From Lepidodermella squamata (taxonomy: Eukaryota > Animalia > Gastrotricha): a stretch of DNA of 64,000 nucleotides. The position numbers were made by a program, and so were the translations under genes. This document shows, one piece after another, positions 41,307-54,753 of the stretch (within the stretch, counting starts at the first letter, position 1; the number at the start of each line of letters is the position of its first letter). The notes beneath the pieces were generated by a model. The model saw only the letters and a list, made by a program, of their open reading frames with translations, made no database searches and was not told the DNA's origin. The stretch spans positions 682,001 to 746,000 of the forward strand of contig JBLDXI010000001.1 in the NCBI GenBank assembly GCA_047495785.1, read 5' to 3'.

Positions 41307-41514
41307 TTAGGAGCCGGATAGTAATTAGGGTATAATGAAAATAAATTACGCAATCAAGCAATTAAAATGTTACTATTGGATTATATCAATCAAAACACAC
41401 CTTTACCGGTAGTTGATATTTGCGTTAGACGCTGAAGAAGTGACTGAATACTAGGAGCGAACTTTGCAGAGTGAAGTAACCGTATTGCCGGCAACAAGGA
41501 TGTGAACAAATCGG

Positions 41515-41522
41515 TGACGTCA
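41515..41522. promoter_or_regulatory. Palindromic CRE-like site upstream of EF-1alpha
   Basis: TGACGTCA about 70 nt upstream of a TCAGT initiator-like motif (~41445) on the minus strand. Confidence 0.35.
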
Positions 41523-44459
41523 GGGGATTGCACGCCACGCCACGTGCACGCCGTTTTGCTACCCAAAAATTTGAAAACTTGGAAAAACCTAGCAATTTTG
41601 TAATTTGCAAAATTTGTTTATTAAAAATAAATTTCGATGAAAAATGCCGGCTTTGGCGCTAATTTCAAAAATCAGTAACCTCTCGCGACCACATTAGCTT
41701 GGCGCGCCCATCCTGGTCGATGGAAGACCGGCCAAGTGTGCCAATTCAACGTACACACATACCAAATGGAAATCCAGCAAACCACAAACCATGCTTGTCT
41801 CTCGTTTTAATCGAGACCTGCCGCCAGCTAAACTGGTTGTCTTGATCTGTGTGCTTTACCCGTACCAATATTACAAGTACTGATCACATAAACTCTCTTC
41901 AGCCTCTGATTCGTGCTGAGGTTCCACTAATTCTTTTCAAATGGATGATTATTCGCCGTAATCAAATCTTTCCTTTACCTGAAGATCCTCGGAGACTGAA
42001 AGCCGTGCTCGGAGACTGTAAAAGCGGAAAATGAAACATGAGGACGAATCCGTCTTCACCGAAGCAGAGGTCACTCACCACTTCGGCGCGCCTGTTGGAT
42101 GAAATACCACTCTATCAGTGAATCCGACTTACAAGTACTTACAAGCCGCCCCCTTGAAGGTATATGACATACTTTTGCTATCAGTAATTTCCTTACATCT
42201 AGCCTGTGGTCTGTGGCCATCTAGCTTCACCAGTGTAAGTGAAAAGCCACCGAACCATGGGTTCTGGAAAACAGTTAACATGCTGGTAGCAGCATTTGAA
42301 TTAGGTGGCAGATGTAGGAACCTCACAGGCAGTCGGCAATTCAGTTCTTGTTATTTCGTGAAGGTTTAGCCATTGGGCTCTTTTCCTCCAGGAAAAGGAA
42401 AAATCACGAATTTTCCGACATTTAATTGGGTCTCGTTTATGGGGGTAATTGATTTCATAACCGAGCAAGTTTGTAAGCAAGTTTTTGCAAATTGTAGTTG
42501 AATTTTCATTATATATACGAATTTCCCAGGGGCAATTTTATTTCGATTTGCTCGCGTTGGAGGCGAATGTAAATACTCGAACACAACATTTTCACGTCAT
42601 TTGTGAAAAAATTAACAATCGATCAAGCGGAGCAGTTAACTATGATTTTGTCTTGAAGAATTAAGGTTGTATCAGCGTGGCCACGTCATTAAATCAAACA
42701 ATTTGTTTCATTTGATGAATAGTTCCACAAATCTTGATTTTGCTATGTTTCTGCACAGGTCGGGCGAATAACATAGGTATCTCATCAAAGTTTATATTTC
42801 ATCGCAGGTTTTTCCCCATTAATGTTTTTTCCACAACCAGAAATGCTAAATGCTGTTTTCGATAGGTCCATATTTTAAGATTTTATTTATTCTGCTTGAT
42901 ATAGACTCCGGAGAGTCGATTCGACTTAGGCTAAAGATAGCGAAGTTCCTTTCCTGAAATGTGATTGACAGCCTATTCTATTAACTTACCTAATGACTTG
43001 GTTTTTCTTTTCGATGTTGATGATGTTAACAAATATTCTTCAATTATTTATTTATTCTCGTTTATAAAATTTATTCTCTCATTATTCTGGTACAATTGTT
43101 GACTTATGTACTCTCTGTCTTATTTTGCCTATCATTCATTTGAGTATATTTTGGCAAGGCATGTGTTTAGATGGCACCATTTTAAAATATGATGTGCGAA
43201 CTCTTCTGATTTCCCATGTTGTTTGGAGGTTGAAATAAATGACGATGTGATGATGGCCTGCTTGTATTATTCTGTTCCGACAAGCACTTTGGCGGAGGTA
43301 TCAACAGAACTCGTTGAAAAAGCTTTGCAATTTCAGGTAATTTCTATAGATCTATAGATAGGAAAACTGGCTATATTGGAATTCGTTGTTACCGCCCCTC
43401 TCCATTCGAAATTTGATTTTTATTCGCAACAATAATAGGTACTGAAGCTTACCTCGTTCCAAGTGTAAACTTCGTTAACATATTGAGGGGGCGAAAATAG
43501 CACAAGTGTAAGTGACGAGGAAAACTACTCGTAACGACTGGTAAATCATATCCACAGGTGGCGCCGATCCATCTGAAGATTTTAAGTGATCCGTTGAGAA
43601 AATATCGAATTGAAAGGTATGCTTACGCTATTCAGGGGCAATAACTAGTGTAGAGAAAGCCATGGTCATTTCGGAATTACTCGTCGATCGCTGCCTACCT
43701 GTCGCTTTAGACATCATTTAATCGCTGAAGACTGTGGAAGCAATGACGGAAGCGGCCTTCCGTATATTATTACTATTGTTAATGAGTGCACATGTACAAA
43801 ATTTCACTGCAGTGAAGATGAGGTCAGTATTAAATCACTGAATATACCAATTTCCACGATTTGAAGCTCTAATGCGCAAAAGAACATTTCGAAGGACTAG
43901 ACAATCAGGCACTTAAATAGGGCACATAAATTGAGCCAAAAAATGAATGCATTGATGAAGTCTGTGGCAGAGTGATTCGGCTCGCCCCTGTGTATTTCTA
44001 GCCACCAAGTCTATTGCTCGTTGTTGCCGACTACGCAGAGCGTGACCGAAGTATTACCATCTCATCCGAGTGATCACCTTTGTAGGTTAAACTCGGTATC
44101 ATTCGCTACGTAATGCGAGGCTGATACGAGTTCAACGTTAGGCAAAAGGCGAGAAAATGTTGTAGCAAACGCGCGAGTCATTGCCACATCATCATCCGAC
44201 ACTATCTCAAATTTTTAATCAAATCATTCGACTTTCGTTCGTTCGAGATGTAACTTACAAACAACTGAAAAAGATGGCTTCGATTTCGCCTCTTGTTTAT
44301 TCTTCATCTGATTGATCGCATTCGCGACCAAAGTCATGGCAGAGCGCGCTGAATAAACACAGTCCAAGGCGTTGCTGACGTTAGATTGAGCAAGTTCCCA
44401 AGACGGGGAGTTGGCTTCCGCCGGTTTCTCGATCGATATTTCGAGTAAACTTGAAACCG

Positions 44460-44625
44460 GCGCAAGACCGACTGATTTTCGAACGACACAGCTCGGTGTT
44501 AGTTTGTTGGTGCAAATCGTCATTGCTGATGATATCCGAGTACTTAATGTTGAGAAGATGCCTTAGCTGCCTACGGTGGTGAGCATGGAGTTTGTTCTGC
44601 ATGCCCTTGGTTAGTCCCTGGGTAC
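44460..44625 (-). mobile_element. Non-LTR retrotransposon (RTE/L2-like) post-RT fragment
   Basis: KLHAHHRRQLRHLLNIKYSDIISNDDLHQQT matches the 'L..F...LR.IL.I.W.D.ISN..L' motif. Confidence 0.65.
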
Positions 44626-46221
44626 AATATTCGTCCGGCAAAATGTGAAAGATATTGAAGTAGCAAATTAATTACATCTCAAAAGGTGACTGCATCCCTC
44701 TTGAATCAAATTCTTGATCAATCAAGCTTTCGGAAAATTTGAAAAAATCGTTATGTTCGATCAAAATGTTGTTTATTGAAATCAACGAGCTCATTAAAAG
44801 AAACGTCATGAAATAATTGAATTGATGTTCATTAAAGTTTTCAAAGGACGATTCGGAAAGATGGCAGAATCGGCGGGGCAGCGGTATCTCAATCTGAAAA
44901 AAATAAATATAAAATGTAGACAACTGAAGCGTCCTCCGTCCTTAGTTTCATGAAGAAGAGGACCATCAAAAAATTGGCTGATAATTTAGCTTTACGAGGA
45001 ACAAACGGCTACTTACTAGGAGAAGCAGTCGAAATCGATAAAAGAAAAGCAGAACTCACATAAAACAGTCAGCAGCATAATGTCGGCCAGTATGTCGTGA
45101 TTGAATGTGTCCGATTAAGTACCGCTTAGAGTTGCCAGCGACAGTCAGCGCCTGAAACACAAGTTCAACAGATTAAGACTTAAGCAACGATAGTTGAATT
45201 CGATAAGTATATAGAGAAAAATCAGACAGTGGTAACGCGGAAATATCTTCAAAAAAATCTGAGGTGTCCTAAAAATCATCATTACAAGATGAATAGCTGG
45301 CAACTGGCATTTCCATTTTACTCACTTTAGCATAGTTCAGGTCTCGGGTTCACTGGATGCTTGCACAAGTTGAAGACGTATGGCGCGAATTGAGAGTCAT
45401 CTCAAACAATGACTGGCATAACAGCGATACAGTTTCTGAAATATAGCTGAAATGAATCTTCCGAGTTTACGAGGAGAAAACGAGAAGCTAGTAAATTCAG
45501 TCTAAATTTGGGCCACAGATACAGAAACCGCGCAGTCACAGCTCACAGCAAAGTTAACGCGGTAGGGTTGTGGGCCACGCATGTCCAATTTAACTTCAAT
45601 AATTCCTTACCTAAGCGAGACGATGATTGATGGATATTAGAACGCAGCAGCCATCTTGCTGGTGGGCTGAATCTGAAAATTTTAATTGACATTAGAACAT
45701 TGTGCAATCAAGATACTACTTAAAGTGATCGATTTTTATCAGCAATCCAAAATGGAAATAACATCAATTTAGTCAGACAGGTTCAGACAAAACATCATTT
45801 GAACAAAACGAGATGAAGCGTTAATCATGAAGCGTTATGTGACGTACCATCGAAAAATGTCAGCTGTTAGCAGCATCTTGAAAACGGGTAAATCGAGAGC
45901 GTGCCTGCAGTGCACAACGAACCTCAAAAGTAATCTTAGGTCATAACGAGAACGGGCATAATGTAAGTAGCTACCAAATAGACTCAATGAGTACAGTGAG
46001 CAGATGGATAATTCAGGGAGCGTTCAATCTTCTTAAATAGACACCAAGTGTTGACGCGTGGTAACGCAGAAGCGTGGCGAACATGTGTTTTGGTCAAGGT
46101 CAACCAACAAAATTTAATTTTTATAATAAACATATTTATATTTTAATTGTATAAAATTAAAATGATTAACGGCGTAGAAAAATAGCAGTAGGATTTATAT
46201 CGGGAAATTTTGTCATCGTTT

Positions 46222-46257
46222 TCTCTAAGGTTTTCCCTAAGGTTTTCCCTAAGGTTT
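46222..46257. repeat. Three-copy 12-nt tandem repeat (CCCTAAGGTTTT) inside a ~250-bp inverted-repeat-bounded segment (46055-46304)
   Basis: Read directly; the flanks CGCGTGGTAACGCAG and CTGCTACCACGCG are imperfect inverted repeats. Confidence 0.45.
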
Positions 46258-47429
46258 GCCGATCGACAATTTTCCCTCAGTAACTACTAAGCTGCTACCA
46301 CGCGAGACATTAGCCTTGAAAAGTTTAAGGTTCTCCATCGGCTGAACTGAAATGATTCGCTGGCATTCACTGACGGACCATTTTGCGAGTAAAATGTTGG
46401 CTTTCATTTGATTTCGAAGCTAAAGCCCTTAATTTCGAAATAATTAATTACTGGTAAAAGCTCATCGCTTTTCATGGCCGTATAAGTTTGAAGTATTCAG
46501 TTCGACCTGAAGTATCTCGAGACCTCATCTGTGAATGCTCGGTTTTCAAATGAAACCGACCTTCGTCGCAATCTTGGAAGATGTGAATGATTTCATTATT
46601 GCTGCTGTTATCCGCCATACAAACGCTCATTCTGCGATCACCCGTACCCATAGCATTAGATGTGAATCGTGACCGAAAAGCTTATGGATTATCCAGGAAG
46701 GTGGGCTATTATACCTATTTGGTAGATAAATCATCATGTCGTAGTTATCGAAAAATATCCATTCAGTTAGATACCTACGCATGAAAACAAGCGTATGAAA
46801 AATAGATGTAAAAAGGTGTCGAAAATCTGTCGAAATTCTTTGCTTACAGGTATTTTCTCGAAAAGCATGGCAAGACTAGCAAAAATATATTATTCAGACG
46901 GCCGCAAACAGTGATCGCGCGATGTTTAGTACCAAGGTCTTGCTGCAGTTGCCCTCTAAAATTCCGCTTCAGGCATCGTTAGCGGCCTGATCGTTTTCAC
47001 GAAAGATGCGTTTGGGCTGTAAGCTGTAAGCCGATTGATATTGCAGTTTCCGACGCAGTTTTCCAGGGCATAATAAAAGACCCCTTCAAAGTATTCTACT
47101 TGGGCAAAGGCTTTCACAACATCGGCTTCAAAAGGTAGCGGCGGTTATGATTCACCGTAGTTTTGCCATTTACACTGGCTAACTTGCTCCGAAATTCTTG
47201 AGACTGAATCGTAGTCTTGGCTCTAAGTTTCATTTTTGATGATTTCATTGCCCTCATAGACATCTATGATTGCCCTCGATAGCTTAGACCGGTAATTTCT
47301 CAAGTAAATAACACCAGACGCACGATGCGTCGCTAGAATAAAGGTTCAAATTAACAAATGAATGAACAAATGAAAACGTTTTATTTTTTGTCCTCCTCGG
47401 CTGTAAAAAATGTGATGGCAATATATACA

Positions 47430-48640
47430 AGCCTTACCCGTGAGGGTTTAGGGGACGGCTGACGACGAGAGATCAGCTTCAGGAACGGTCGCGAACAATC
47501 TGCTTTTTCCCATGAATTCATAATTCTCTAAGCTGTTACATAATAGCTGCCATTCTTCCCGGTCTCTAGCTGTTATTTCCGCCAATTCTAAATCCGGAAT
47601 TTTGTGAATTTCGGTGCGTCGCGTCAAAAGGGTTGATTTACGGGGTCGCCCTCGTTTTTTGGGTTCATTAGGATCCCTGATACGTTTTTCATGTATACAG
47701 TGCACTTTCACTATAACGAAATTTACCGCGCCACCCAAATTCTTTCGCTATAGCGGTTTTTCGTTGAATTGGAAGTTGGATAAAAAATACATCAATTTGA
47801 ACTATTTCACCATTGTTTTTCATTATTCGAGTCGCCAAACGATATCATCATTACCGATGATTAGTTTGGGCACTGATAATGGCCTCCAAAGTTGCTTTTA
47901 TTGCCGAAAATCATCTGTTGGAACCCTTTATAACCCAAATAACTTATTTTTAAATAATAATTATGTCATGAATTGGAAATCGGAAAATATCGAGAAATAT
48001 TCTGAAAAATGTAACGCACGTGCTCACCCTACATGCGTTTTCGATTTAAAGACGTTTACATTCTCTCCCCTCACTCATCTCTCATATGCAATGCTTGAAT
48101 CTTGACTTCGTTATAGCCTACAAAATATTATGGATTTTTTTCTGAGAAAGCCACAAAATTCTTTCGAAATAGCGATTTTTCGCTATACGTATTTCGTTAT
48201 AGTGAAAGCTGTCCCCATGCAAAACATGCAGACGCTGGCCGAGCCACCAAGATCATTTCGATATAACGGTTTTTCGCTATATTGGTGTTCGCTATAGTGA
48301 AAGTGCACTGTATAAAAAATTCCAATTTTTAGCAGGCTTCTTCGGAGGCTGTCAGACCATCGGGTTGGCGGGCTGCCGCGAGGCAAGTACCAACTCGGGT
48401 CGACCGCTTTCCAGTAGTGCATAATACTCATGAGACTTTCAGGGTCGTATTCATCCTGCCGAATTATATGGCCAAAATATTTCAGACGAAATTTTTCAAT
48501 CAATTAACTCAATTCCATTACGTCGCAGATTAGTCTAATATCTACATTAGGAATATAGTCCGTTCTAAACAGACTCATAATTGTTCTAAGCCAGCGCATA
48601 AAAATTACATTTAGCCTTTGCTCTTGTTGGGTGGTAAAGG
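47430..48640 (-). mobile_element. RTE-clade non-LTR retrotransposon 3' portion, split by a MITE
   Basis: QRLNVIFMRWLRTIM..RTDYIPNVDIR..RLKYFGHIIR..PRGSPPTRWSDSL..ARDREEW; one internal stop. Confidence 0.8.
47698..48310. mobile_element. 613-bp MITE of Tc1/mariner/pogo type with TA target-site duplication
   Basis: TIRs CAGTGCACTTTCACTATAACGAA and TTCGCTATAGTGAAAGTGCACTG, flanked by TA on both sides; subterminal TTCGYTATAR repeats; no transposase ORF. Confidence 0.88.
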
Positions 48641-49779
48641 TTCAGTGAGATATTCTCATTTCAGCGCAGTTGAGTAGAGCATAGGGTTACATGTTGCAAT
48701 AATTTTGAATAGAAAAAACATTTATACCTATTCACCGGGCTGGTGTTCAGGTCTTATTGCAATCGTCAGAGGCCGTTGTTTGATATTTCTATGGATTACT
48801 GCATATATACTCATTGGAAATTTTGGGCCGATGAATTTAATTGCGTTGGATTTCATGTTAAGGGTGGTTCTTAAGAACATGTTTCTACATTTTTCTATTC
48901 ATTCAATTGCTTACTCATTGTAATGTGTCATCAATCATTACGCTACATCGATATTATAGGCTGTTGTAGGAGCGCCAGGAGCTTCATTAACCCTTGCTTC
49001 CTAAATCCTTATTAGGTATCTAACCTCGTCGGAAAAATTATTCGTTCATAGTTTACCAATATTATTACCGCCACCCTAATACAGGTAATAAATTCACCAA
49101 ATTAATTTTCGGATTTTCGGTGAACATCGAATTCAAAAATCAAACCGCAAGTTATATGCTGTTATGCTACATACTTATTTACAGCATTTCCACTGCAGGC
49201 ATTTTTTCAAGCTATTAATGGCTCTCCTACGACATATATGTTGCAGTATATTCTAATATCTTTTTCTTTCTCATAAAAACATCGCCGGTCTAGCGTATCC
49301 GGGGGATTTACTTTGAAGAATGTGCCACATTGACATCGCCTCTCACGCGTCCGCCTCTCTCGCGCACTCAGCGAGTCGACGACCGGAAGGGGCGGAGCAT
49401 AGCGCGGCACGTGATGCACATTTGTGTGTGTGCGCGTATACGGCTCGCACACAGCTGTGGGTAACCATTTGCGCCGACGATTTAGTTTACTGCGATGTCA
49501 TTTTAATGTTACTTTTCGTTTCCGCTCTGTATTTGCCTGATCAACTGCCGCTGTTTGTTGCAACCAGGTCTTGTAATTTTTTACCCCTGTTGCCTCATGA
49601 GCAATAAACCTTATCAGCAGGCGACAAGGGCCTAATGACGAAAGCCCTCTCTCGCTGTTTAGGTAATTGCGATACCTGGATATTCGAGGAGCGAAATAAA
49701 TCGCTTTGTTGTTATTTAAGCGCTGGCAATAATTAAAGTTTCATTATTTATTTAGAATCTTTGTTTTAACAAATAAACG

Positions 49780-52361
49780 ATGGATTTTTATTCGAACATT
49801 ATGATTCCGACAACTGCCACGTTTACGTGTGACGAGTTGATTCGATGCAAAGTCTGCTTCATCTGCCTGTTACTGTTACCTTCAACTCCACAACCTATGC
49901 CACTGCCACAAAAACAGCATATCCACTGGTCCCGCTCCTCGTAAGTTTTCTTATCGATTCACTTTTCAAGCCCGCGAGTTCATAGCATATTTCGGCTATT
50001 TTAATATTTATCTGCTGCGAAAGTTACCGTTCATGCGATTCCTTCATATATTTCGTATTCGTGTGGCTAAGAATTGATCAAGGCTGTCGTGGCTTGTTTA
50101 TTTTGCTCATTATTTTGAGATTTGACAGTCTTTTTGATTTCACATAGTATTTCTATTCCGGAAACAACCAGGCATTGCATTGCGCTACTCTTTTTTAAGC
50201 CGGAAAGCGCTTTCAGCGGATGTTGATAAGACATCTATAAAATTGCAATATTTTAGCAATCATTTTTTCACTTGGGTCGGCTTTATTGAAGGCTTAGCAA
50301 AATCAATAGCGCTTATGTTTGTCAATACGTCGGCTGAGTGAACGCAGAGTGGGCTTGGCGCCAGCTTTTTGCGCGCTCACCAGCAAAGCGCACTTGTCGC
50401 CGTCCGGCTCTCGCCTCCCGTTGCGTAACCCCGCCGGGGATTACACGGCATACCACATGACTGCAGTTGACGCCGGGTTTGCCCGATGCGATAACGTGGG
50501 CAACTTCCGGGGACACGACGGCCGGCAAGAGCCGACGGTCAACAAACCCCGGCGTGTTATATAAACATATAACCGAGCCCGGCACGGAATAGGGATCTAG
50601 GTCGTGATGATGATGATGACGACGATGAAGTTGGTAGGTGCGGGATGAGCAAATAGACGGCACGCCTCTACGCGCATTCCCATCCCGCTCTTCAAAGTCG
50701 CGATGTACGCGCGCCGGTTCGGTGTCTTCTTCGCGGGCGGCGGTGTCAAATGCAAACACGTGCATGTGACTAAGTGAATGATAATATTGTTTTATTTGCC
50801 CAACCTTGTTCGGCCCCTCTTTATGCAGATGTGCCGTGACCAATTCCCATGTCCGGTGAATTATATTATTTATTGTATACAAAACGACTCTCCGCACTTG
50901 ATATTTATCTAGTGGGCGCGGTTGTTGAATCACTCGGGTGTATAACCAAACACGGCATATTTTTAGATTTAGTCATCATCATCATCATCGACAACAATCG
51001 TCGAGGCGTTGTAAAAAATTGTTGTCGCTGTTGCCGATTGCGTGCTATGCGAACTAATTTGCGTTGTTTTGCTGTCCACTTATTGCTGTAGTGCGACAAA
51101 ATAAGCGACGAAATAATCACATCCGGACGCGACGCGCCGCTTTGTGCGCGCGGCCAACCGTCGCGCCTGGCACTTGGCAGCCGGGCGCCAATACACCCTA
51201 CCACTTAACAGCGACAAGTGAACGAAATGAATGAACAACGGCTGCGGCGACGACGCCCATGCGAATAATTTATGAGAGCCAACGATCGGCGGCGCGGTTG
51301 CTCATTTCGATAGACGACTGCTAACCTCACACAGTAGTAGTAGTTTGGCTCAATTTAAGTTTGTTATTGTTGCCGGGTCGATCGGCGGCCTGACCGGCGC
51401 AGGGCCAACAGCCGGAACTTTCGCTCGCGTGTTACGAACAATTTCAGTGTGCGAAGGTGATGAAAAGGAACTACTCTTTTGTAGACTCATTATCCGCTCC
51501 GTCGCCTCGCGTGAAGATATTGATGAACTCGTTCAGAAGCCTCTTGTCTTGTGCGCGTCATAAAGCGACCCGCAGAAGTGATAATTAAATTCTCAGGCAA
51601 TAAAATTAAATGAAAGAAAAACAAAAATAACATTTCTTCAATTATAAATTATTTAATCTTCCAGATTTCAACACGCCGTTCCATCTCCTCCCAATGGCCT
51701 CATCATCCCGCCGTCGCCTGTTGATCGCCACGTTTTCAAACCGATTGAAATAAAAGTCGCTATGGGTTCAGTCGTGCATTTCGTGTGCCCACCATTGGCG
51801 GCGAACGAGCACTATCTGATCTACAAGGTGTCTGCTAATGACTACGCGAAATGTTCGACCGAAGAAACGCGCCGGAAGCGTGCTACACCGTTTCTGCGCT
51901 GTTCCGGCTCCGCTGATTCCGGCGCCAGCCCGCATCGCCGCACATTCCAAATTTCTGAGCTGAACCCGTTCGGCCGTAGTTACAAGGCTGGTGAGGAGAT
52001 TCATTTCATTTCGACATCGTCTGGCTCGCCGCTCGGCATCGACAACATGCACGATGGCGTGTGCCAAAAGTTCCAGATGCGCGTAAAACTCACTGTTCAA
52101 AAAACCGAACATCCCGAGGAGCGGTATCGGTCCTGTTTGAAAATTCTCGGAGTTCAACCCGAATGTTGCGAACCGCGCAATCGGTTAGGCGATACTTGCT
52201 CCAGCGAATCGGCGACTACAACCACCCAAACAGCACCAGTTGCGGCTCATGCTGGGTTTTTCCTGAGCCATGGGCCGTCTTCTTCCGCCGCGCCCTCGAC
52301 TAGTTTTGCGTCTTCCTTAATATCTGTCGCGATATTGATAGCGCTCCACCGGCTATTATAA
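49780..52361 (+). CDS. Ephrin with predicted GPI-anchor tail (~285 aa). Exons 49780-49940, 51665-52361
   Basis: Exon 1 has a hydrophobic stretch and ends QHIHWSRSS| with the phase-2 intron typical of ephrins. Exon 2: FVCP..EHYLIYKV..YAKC..LRC..FQ..NPFG..YKAG..FISTSSG..GIDN..GVC..MRVKLTV, an S/T/A stalk, and a terminal hydrophobic tail with no cytoplasmic domain. Confidence 0.9.
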
Positions 52362-53219
52362 ATGATTGCGGCAGATATTAATATAATTATTGTTTTTCAA
52401 AGAATGCTACACGTTATTTTACAAGGAATTTCTTCCATTTCGCATTATTATCATATCGTTATTGTTTTACGATAATTATCGTGCTTTCTCCTATATCACT
52501 ATTATTTATATACGTGAGTCGTGGTTGTGTGAAAGATCTTCTTCCCCGAAAAATAATGTACATATTAACGAGTGAGGTATTCGAAAAAACTCTTCCGGTA
52601 TTTGAACTGATCGGCCGCGAAGACCAAAAACGATACTATGATGATGTTGAATTTAATGCTCATAAAACAAAACAAAAACACATTCGAGCAGAAATTACAG
52701 CCAACTGTGATAAAAGAAATCCATGAACTCTTCCTCGCTTGCTCTTATTGGTTTCGCAACGTTTTCGGAGCTTCGGCCGGTCTGTTGAACTTGTTGTTGT
52801 CTATATCATAAATTTTATAACCACACCGCAACTGTTGCATGGCGTTGTAATAAATTCTACCCCGTGTATAAATTTGTTCAGCCTTGCGTGAGGCGGTAGC
52901 TTTTTCGAAGATCAGAACCCGTGTATATGTTCCATGTCCTCTCGCATATTAATATATTGTGTATGGTCGTCGTTTTTTGAACAAAAAACGAACAGGTGGC
53001 GATGAACTCAGTTGTGAAAAGCATAGTAAAATTGAGAAAATAAAAGTGTTTTCGCACGCAAGGTTTCGTTTTATTGTCATTTTAGTTGAACTATAGACGA
53101 GGTTTCAGAGGCTTACATAATCACTAGGAATCGAAAGGAACTTGCAACGAAGATGTTTGTAAATTTCTTGGAAATTTAGTCAATAATTTGGTCAGCAGGT
53201 TAGTTCTAACCAGCGTAAT

Positions 53220-53603
53220 TTATTCCTTATCGGCCTTGACTTTGCTGATTTCAGCCATTTGCTTCTTGTGGCGCTCGATGGCTTCCTGGTGCAGACGGAT
53301 GTTCTGCTCATGCAGGCGAATTTCGTTTTCCATGTGATCTTTCATGGACTTCAGCTGCTCGTTTTGCTAAACAAGAGAAATAGATAAATTAAGGTGGAAT
53401 TTTTGTTTTCGCTAAATACTCACAATTTTACGGAAATATTGTTCCTCTTGCGCAGCTTCACGCTTGCCGAACGAGCCACCAGCATCGCGGATAGAACCGC
53501 CAGAACCGCCACCGTGGCCGGCACCCTCACCCCAAGTGCCAGACATAGCACGGACAGGGACAGAGCGCAAGACGCTCAGACGAGAACGGACAGCAGAGAG
53601 CAT
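53220..53603 (-). CDS. ATP5IF1: Mitochondrial ATP synthase inhibitor IF1 (108 aa). Exons 53603-53424, 53366-53220
   Basis: Arg/Ser-rich transit peptide, [35 protein letters not shown], His-containing coiled coil. Confidence 0.95.
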
Positions 53604-54753
53604 TTAAAATTCTCAAATTTAACTAAAATATTTAAAGAAAAAATATAACTAATTCACAAGACGCGTTCATGACTTTTTATTTCATGGAGCTCTACTTTTG
53701 ATATAATTAAACCGAATTTGACAATTTTCTTTCAGACGATAACGACTAATTAAATTAGAATTAATTATAGCTGCGCGCGTTTGATCTGATTTCAAAAAGT
53801 GGCACTACCTAAAAGCAGCAAGTGCCGGGGAGGGTGATAAATGCAGAGAAGAATAAGATTCACCAAGCAAAAAGCATTTTTTCAAGGATGTTCTACATTT
53901 TTCATCCAAGAGAAAAGATAGATCAATAATTCAAATAAAGCACTATAATCATTTCGCTACTTGTAATACCTGATACATCATGAGAAAGTTCAAAAATTGG
54001 GACGCATTGCAACAATAATAGCTTCACAACAACGCACGAGAAAGATTGCGGTTTCACATGTAGGTATATAATTGCCAATGATTGAAGAAAAAGAAGAAGA
54101 AAAGATAGAGAGAGAAAACGAATCACAGTTGGAGAATTCGCGCGTGGACAAGCTTTCAGTTTAGAATTTGAAGGTAGCGTAACGAAGTGAGATGTCCAAA
54201 CGCAGAATCAGTTTCATCGCAAACAAGCAGACGGAAGTGACAAGGAAATGAATAAAGAAGGGGAGAAATGTAGATTTCGCAACAAAATTGATCACTGAAG
54301 TTATTGTCTATGAAATGCGCTTGTGAATCTCACTGGAAACAGCCGCTGAAAAATTATCGTTTCAATCAAATAATGCATAATATTTGTCTCGTCTATCATC
54401 TTCATCGATTTCCGTTTCTTGGAAAAGGACGCTGGAATAAAAATGTTACCACGTTCAGTTCTAGAAGAGACATTTTATCACTGAGCTAAAACAGGGAGTT
54501 ACTAATTTTACAATTTTTTTCCACAATTTATCACTAGGAAATAGTAATACTCTAACAACACGAAACAGGAATTTTTGACAGAAAAATTAGATTAGTCTCT
54601 TTTTCAGTGTTATTTACATCGATAATTGCAATTTAAGACCATTACAAAAATATGAAATAAAACTTTTTTTTTTACATTTTCTATGATGGTACATTCGTTC
54701 TGAAGTTATAATATAATTTATTCATTTTTTCAGTGGTTGAAGCAGCGTGATAC

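Noticed and set aside
43190-43620. Plus-strand AG/GT-bounded blocks
   Set aside because: Joined frames hit stops and show no homology motif.
47060-47150. FEADVVKAFAQV, like the RT motif DxxKAFD
   Set aside because: Single weak motif with no flanking RT blocks.
50322-50933. 203-aa minus-strand ORF in the ephrin intron
   Set aside because: Non-ATG start, no recognisable motif, GC-rich regulatory-looking sequence with (GAT)n repeats.
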